The notes under the pieces: generated by a model | What the model saw: only the letters and a program-made list of their open reading frames with translations | The model's database searches: none | What the model was told of the DNA's origin: nothing | Origin: an uncultured Verrucomicrobiae bacterium | GTDB taxonomy: Bacteria; Verrucomicrobiota; Verrucomicrobiia; Limisphaerales; Palsa-1400 | DNA: 64,000 bases | NCBI GenBank assembly: GCA_963764165.1 | Contig: CAVXRD010000002.1 | Span: 352,001 to 416,000 of the forward strand | Direction of reading: 5' to 3' | Position numbers and translations under genes: made by a program | Part shown: piece by piece, positions 60,248 to 64,000 of the stretch | Layout: the number at the start of each line of letters is the position of its first letter | How positions within the stretch are numbered: the stretch's first letter is position 1

Positions 60248-61407
60248 GGTCGATTCGCCTTCGCCAGCTTCTGGTAAAGCTCGTAGATTCTTTCCACCAT
60301 CGTTTCAACGGCAAAATTCCGCCGGACGAATTCCTGCCCTTTTCTCCCTAATCGCTCGCGCAGCGCAGGGTCTGCCGCCAGCATTCCAAGTTTTTCCGAA
60401 AGCGTTTTTGTATCGCCGACGTCAATAAGAAATCCCGTCTCGCCGTCGAGGCAAACCTCGGCCGCCCCATCGCAATCGAAGGCAACCACCGGCCGGGCCG
60501 CCGCGAGGGCTTGCGGCAGCGCTCGCGGCAATCCTTCGCGGCGGGAGAGATGGGCCAGGGCGTCCATCACGCCGACGTAGTTGGGAATTTCGGCCGGGGG
60601 CGCCAGTCCGGCAAAAACGACATTGCTTTGCAATCCTTCGTTCCGCGCCCGCTGCTCCAGATGGGGACGGAGCGCGCCGTCGCCAACGAAAAGGAATTTT
60701 GTCCTTGGATGGCGTCTGACAATTTCCGGCGCGGCTGAAAGCAAGTCGTCATGCCCTTTCAATTTAAACAGCCGCGCGATCACACCGACGACAAAATCAT
60801 CGGGCGCCAAACCAAGTCGTGAGCGGAAGGACAAGTCATTCCGCGCGGCAAGAAACGGCGCCAAGGGGAAGCCGCTGAAAATCCGGGTGAATTGTCCCGG
60901 ACGCCCCACTCCCGCCGCGACATATTGGCGCGTCATCGCTTCCGCCACGCTGATAAAGTGCGTCGTCGAGGAGGCGGCAATTTTCTCCGCCGCGCGAAAA
61001 AGCATATTTGACAGCGCTCCCTGAAATGGACCGAACGACGGCCCATGCACAGTATGGATGATGATCGGCACCCTTGCCTTCCTTGCAGCCAGCCTGCCGA
61101 CCAGTCCTGCCTTTCCACTGTGCGTGTGAACAATGTCTGGCGAGGCATGGCGAAACGATTTGGTGAGCTGCCTCCAGGCGGCGATGTCATTCCATGGGCT
61201 GATCGGGCGCACCAGCGAAGGGAGGATTGTCAACACTTCGGGATGCGGGCGAAATAAATCCTCCAGCGACCCCTCGGGCCCTGTCGTGGGACCGGAGATG
61301 AGATCGACTTTTAGGCCGGGATAGTTCCGAAGACCCAGAACAGTGGCAATCGTATTCTCCTGCGCGCCCCCAATAACCAACCGGGTGATGACGTGGCTGA
61401 CACGCAT
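60244..61407 (-). CDS. glycosyltransferase family 4
   Basis: ITRLVIGGAQENT, HTHSGKAG, KGH, EGLPRALPQA. Confidence 0.93.
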   Translation of the reverse strand: MRVSHVITRLVIGGAQENTIATVLGLRNYPGLKVDLISGPTTGPEGSLEDLFRPHPEVLTILPSLVRPISPWNDIAAWRQLTKSFRHASPDIVHTHSGKAGLVGRLAARKARVPIIIHTVHGPSFGPFQGALSNMLFRAAEKIAASSTTHFISVAEAMTRQYVAAGVGRPGQFTRIFSGFPLAPFLAARNDLSFRSRLGLAPDDFVVGVIARLFKLKGHDDLLSAAPEIVRRHPRTKFLFVGDGALRPHLEQRARNEGLQSNVVFAGLAPPAEIPNYVGVMDALAHLSRREGLPRALPQALAAARPVVAFDCDGAAEVCLDGETGFLIDVGDTKTLSEKLGMLAADPALRERLGRKGQEFVRRNFAVETMVERIYELYQKLAKANRP

Positions 61408-61415
61408 CCCGGAAA

Positions 61416-64000
61416 CTATTTGCTTTCGAGGCGCGCGAGCCGATTGGTGGCGGCCCGGTAGTCGGGGCCCTCCTCGGGCACGGTTTTTAGGGCTCGTTTA
61501 AGATGGTTGATCGCCTCGGCTTTGTTATTTTCAGCCTCCGCCACGGATGCGAGCCCAAATTCCTTGATGTAAGGCGCCTTGGGGAGGATTTTCCCCACCT
61601 CCTCGAAGTCCGCCCGGGCGGGCTCGAGCTGCTTGATTTCAATTTCAACCCTGGCGCGGTCCACCAGGGCGTTGTAATTCCGCGGCTGAACGTCCAGCGC
61701 CTGGTTCAAAGTCGCGAGCGCGTTGGTGTAAGCGCGAAGCTGCATCTGTATTTCTGCCTTTTTGACCAGTGCTTCAAAAATAAACGAGCTGCCATCCTCG
61801 CGTCCTGACGCCGCAATCAATTGCAGCTCTCGATCAATGCTCGACACCGCGTTTGAGAAATTGCGCGCGGATTCCTCAGGCTTGCCGGCTCGAAAAAGTT
61901 CCACCGCGTTGGCTCGGTAAAATTCCGTCAGCACGACAATCCGGCTCAAATCTTTCGGGTCCGCGGCAACGGCATCCTCCAGGATTTTTTCGGCTCGGGC
62001 CGTGTCATTCTTGGCGGTATAGGCGGCTGCTTCGCACCACATGATCTGCCACGGGCTGACCTTCCCGGAGGCTTTGACCTTGGCCAGCAGTTCCAGCGCC
62101 TGGTCTGGTTCCGGGTTGCGCCGGTAGACTTCCGTCTTGGCGAGATTGAGCATGGCCTCGGGATTGCCCGGCAGTAGTTCGAGGCAGCGCTCAAACAACA
62201 AGCTCGCCTGGTGCATATTTCCCTTCTCCGCAAAAACCTCGCCCAATTCCACGTCAAGCGCCGGTTCATCCGGCGGCCCATTCCGCCGCAATAATGTGTC
62301 CAGATTGTGGTAATAGGACAACGCCTTGGTAAAAGGCTCCACCGCTTCAATCGGCCTCGCCAGGCCTTTCTGGAGCTGCTCGTTATACTGGAGGTTGATG
62401 CTGGCAATGAAATTATTCGTATTCAGCCGCACAGCTTCGGCAAATTGATTATGCGCCTCTTTGAGATATTTCGCCTTCTGCAATTCCGTCCCCCAATAGT
62501 CCAGGGCAACGGCGCAATCCGTGGCCACCGCTTCACTATCCGGGTCCAATTTCGTTCTCTCCGCGAAATCTTTTAAGAAGCCGTTCTCGAGCCGGCCCCA
62601 GAATTCCTCGTTGGTCTTGACTTCCGAAGCCGTCACCAGCGGCGGGCGCAGCGAATTGGTGCTGTAGGGCTTCATCTCGAAAGCCAGGCCGGCCGGGCGC
62701 AAATACAAAGCCTCAAAATAATAGCCAAAACTTGGATGAAGATAATAGACCGGAAAATTCGCCGTGATCTGATACATGAAATTTATCAAGTTTGCCGATG
62801 CAAGCGTCGGAGGCAGACCCGCGATGTTGGTCGTCATCACGCTCTTCAGGCCGGAGTAACGCCCGGCCAGATACTTGATATAGTCGCGATGCTGGAAATC
62901 TGCTGTATCGATGAGGAAGTGCTCGTTCCGCAGTTTGCGGCGCTCAAAATCCGCCTGCACCAAATACAAACGCGCGGCGTCATCGCTCAGTACCACAGAC
63001 GGGCGCGAGGGCAGGCAATCCACGAGATGGTCCGCGTAGACCTTCAAGGCCTCTCCGTCGGCAGCATGAATCTTGGGGAACGTTTGCACGACCAACACCA
63101 CCGGGGCCGCAACCGCTGCGACCCAGGCCAAGCCATAAAGAACCGGGTAAAGCAGGCCTCGTATAATGCTCGGGCTTTCCCAGATCTTTATGCGGGGTTT
63201 GCCAAAAACCAGCAGCATGTAGCCGGTAAAATATCCGATCCCCAGCGCGGCTAAGTAATAAAAGGTCAGGAACGGCAGCCCCATCTCACGCATGCGGATG
63301 CTCGGGCTGTACTTGAACTCAAAAAAAGTCGCCAGCAACAGCGCCAGCATCGCGACATGGACGAGATTCAGCAGATACCTCGTGATCGTATCGCCCACCG
63401 CGCTTATTTCGCCGGCCAGCCGGGGCCACTTGATGGTCGCGAAAAAAAGCGGCACGATGGTTGGCACCGCCACCACGATCAGCATAAAGCGCGGAAAGGA
63501 TCTCAATCCATAGGACTCCGATCCCAATTCCAACTGGAGAACAGACCAAAAATCCATATGATTGTGAATTGCGGCAGCGGCTGGCAGGAGCAGGCAAAGC
63601 GGCAGGCCGGCCAACCCGCATCCAAACATTCTGACCAGAAACTTAACGTTAAAAAATCCCGCGAAACCGCGAATTGCCAACACCACCACCAGATACCACG
63701 GGAAAAAACCAACAAAGGCCCAATCATTGGTCGCCGCCAAGCCGTAAACGAAGGCCGAGCCGAGCATCCAATTGACGTTCTTCGAAACTCGATACTCCAA
63801 CAGGCAATTGACGATAAAAGCCAGGGCCAGCACATTGATCATTTCCCCGGTCGCGACAATGCTGTTTTCCCAAAACGTCAATTGCGCCCCCAGCATCAGC
63901 ACGGCGAAGAGCGCCGGCAGGATCGTCGAGCGCAGCGTCAAAATTCCGTCCGACGAATACTCGCGCTGCATCTGGTCGCGAGTGCGATCCTGGGGCCACA
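61416..64000 (-). CDS. DUF2723/TMEM260-like multi-TM (GT-C) protein with C-terminal TPR repeats (5' end outside window)
   Basis: Frame is open past 63971 (WPQDRTRDQMQRE). LTFWENSIVATGEM and AFVYGLAATND resemble the DUF2723 TFWxxA..EVY and GL...NH motifs. TPR-like helices follow. Confidence 0.75.
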   Translation of the reverse strand, partial: WPQDRTRDQMQREYSSDGILTLRSTILPALFAVLMLGAQLTFWENSIVATGEMINVLALAFIVNCLLEYRVSKNVNWMLGSAFVYGLAATNDWAFVGFFPWYLVVVLAIRGFAGFFNVKFLVRMFGCGLAGLPLCLLLPAAAAIHNHMDFWSVLQLELGSESYGLRSFPRFMLIVVAVPTIVPLFFATIKWPRLAGEISAVGDTITRYLLNLVHVAMLALLLATFFEFKYSPSIRMREMGLPFLTFYYLAALGIGYFTGYMLLVFGKPRIKIWESPSIIRGLLYPVLYGLAWVAAVAAPVVLVVQTFPKIHAADGEALKVYADHLVDCLPSRPSVVLSDDAARLYLVQADFERRKLRNEHFLIDTADFQHRDYIKYLAGRYSGLKSVMTTNIAGLPPTLASANLINFMYQITANFPVYYLHPSFGYYFEALYLRPAGLAFEMKPYSTNSLRPPLVTASEVKTNEEFWGRLENGFLKDFAERTKLDPDSEAVATDCAVALDYWGTELQKAKYLKEAHNQFAEAVRLNTNNFIASINLQYNEQLQKGLARPIEAVEPFTKALSYYHNLDTLLRRNGPPDEPALDVELGEVFAEKGNMHQASLLFERCLELLPGNPEAMLNLAKTEVYRRNPEPDQALELLAKVKASGKVSPWQIMWCEAAAYTAKNDTARAEKILEDAVAADPKDLSRIVVLTEFYRANAVELFRAGKPEESARNFSNAVSSIDRELQLIAASGREDGSSFIFEALVKKAEIQMQLRAYTNALATLNQALDVQPRNYNALVDRARVEIEIKQLEPARADFEEVGKILPKAPYIKEFGLASVAEAENNKAEAINHLKRALKTVPEEGPDYRAATNRLARLESK

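Noticed and set aside
1..64000. tRNA, rRNA, prophage or integrase
   Set aside because: No recognisable signatures found by eye. A covariance-model scan would be needed to exclude small RNAs.

Overview
A GC-rich bacterial chromosomal window, most likely Verrucomicrobiota (Pedosphaerales/Limisphaerales-like). This is inferred from the expanded prepilin/H-X9-DG genes, the TN-rich secreted proteins ending in ...FFRL and the intergenic repeat types. Housekeeping genes: BadF-MurQ fusion, mnmE, lnt, proS, der, a nucleoside deaminase, M32 carboxypeptidase, kdpFABC, pilT and a PilT/PilU paralog, tlyA, NAD kinase, a LacI regulator, rnr, accD and comF. Accessory parts: a prepilin/surface-protein cluster (21.4-29.3 kb), a PD-(D/E)xK plus IS200-type tnpA islet (37.2-39.3 kb), a vWA/permease-NHL operon, a large repeat surface protein, an intact IS630, and a DUF2723(TMEM260-like)-GT4-WecA-like operon. 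Most notable: (1) strong enrichment of the dipeptide Thr-Asn in extracytoplasmic but not cytoplasmic proteins, next to a GT-C/GT4/PNPT operon that abutted a TN-rich surface protein before IS630 insertion, a candidate undescribed protein glycosylation system; (2) a shared ...LSW...W...FFRL C-terminal module; (3) a 330-400 bp non-coding element in two diverged copies with phased TTGCAC repeats; (4) a 140-bp MITE in a REP hairpin loop with a 4-bp target duplication; (5) a surface-protein gene broken by an exact 16-bp tandem duplication. No rRNA, tRNA or CRISPR array was recognised. Family assignments come from motif recognition by eye, not database searches.
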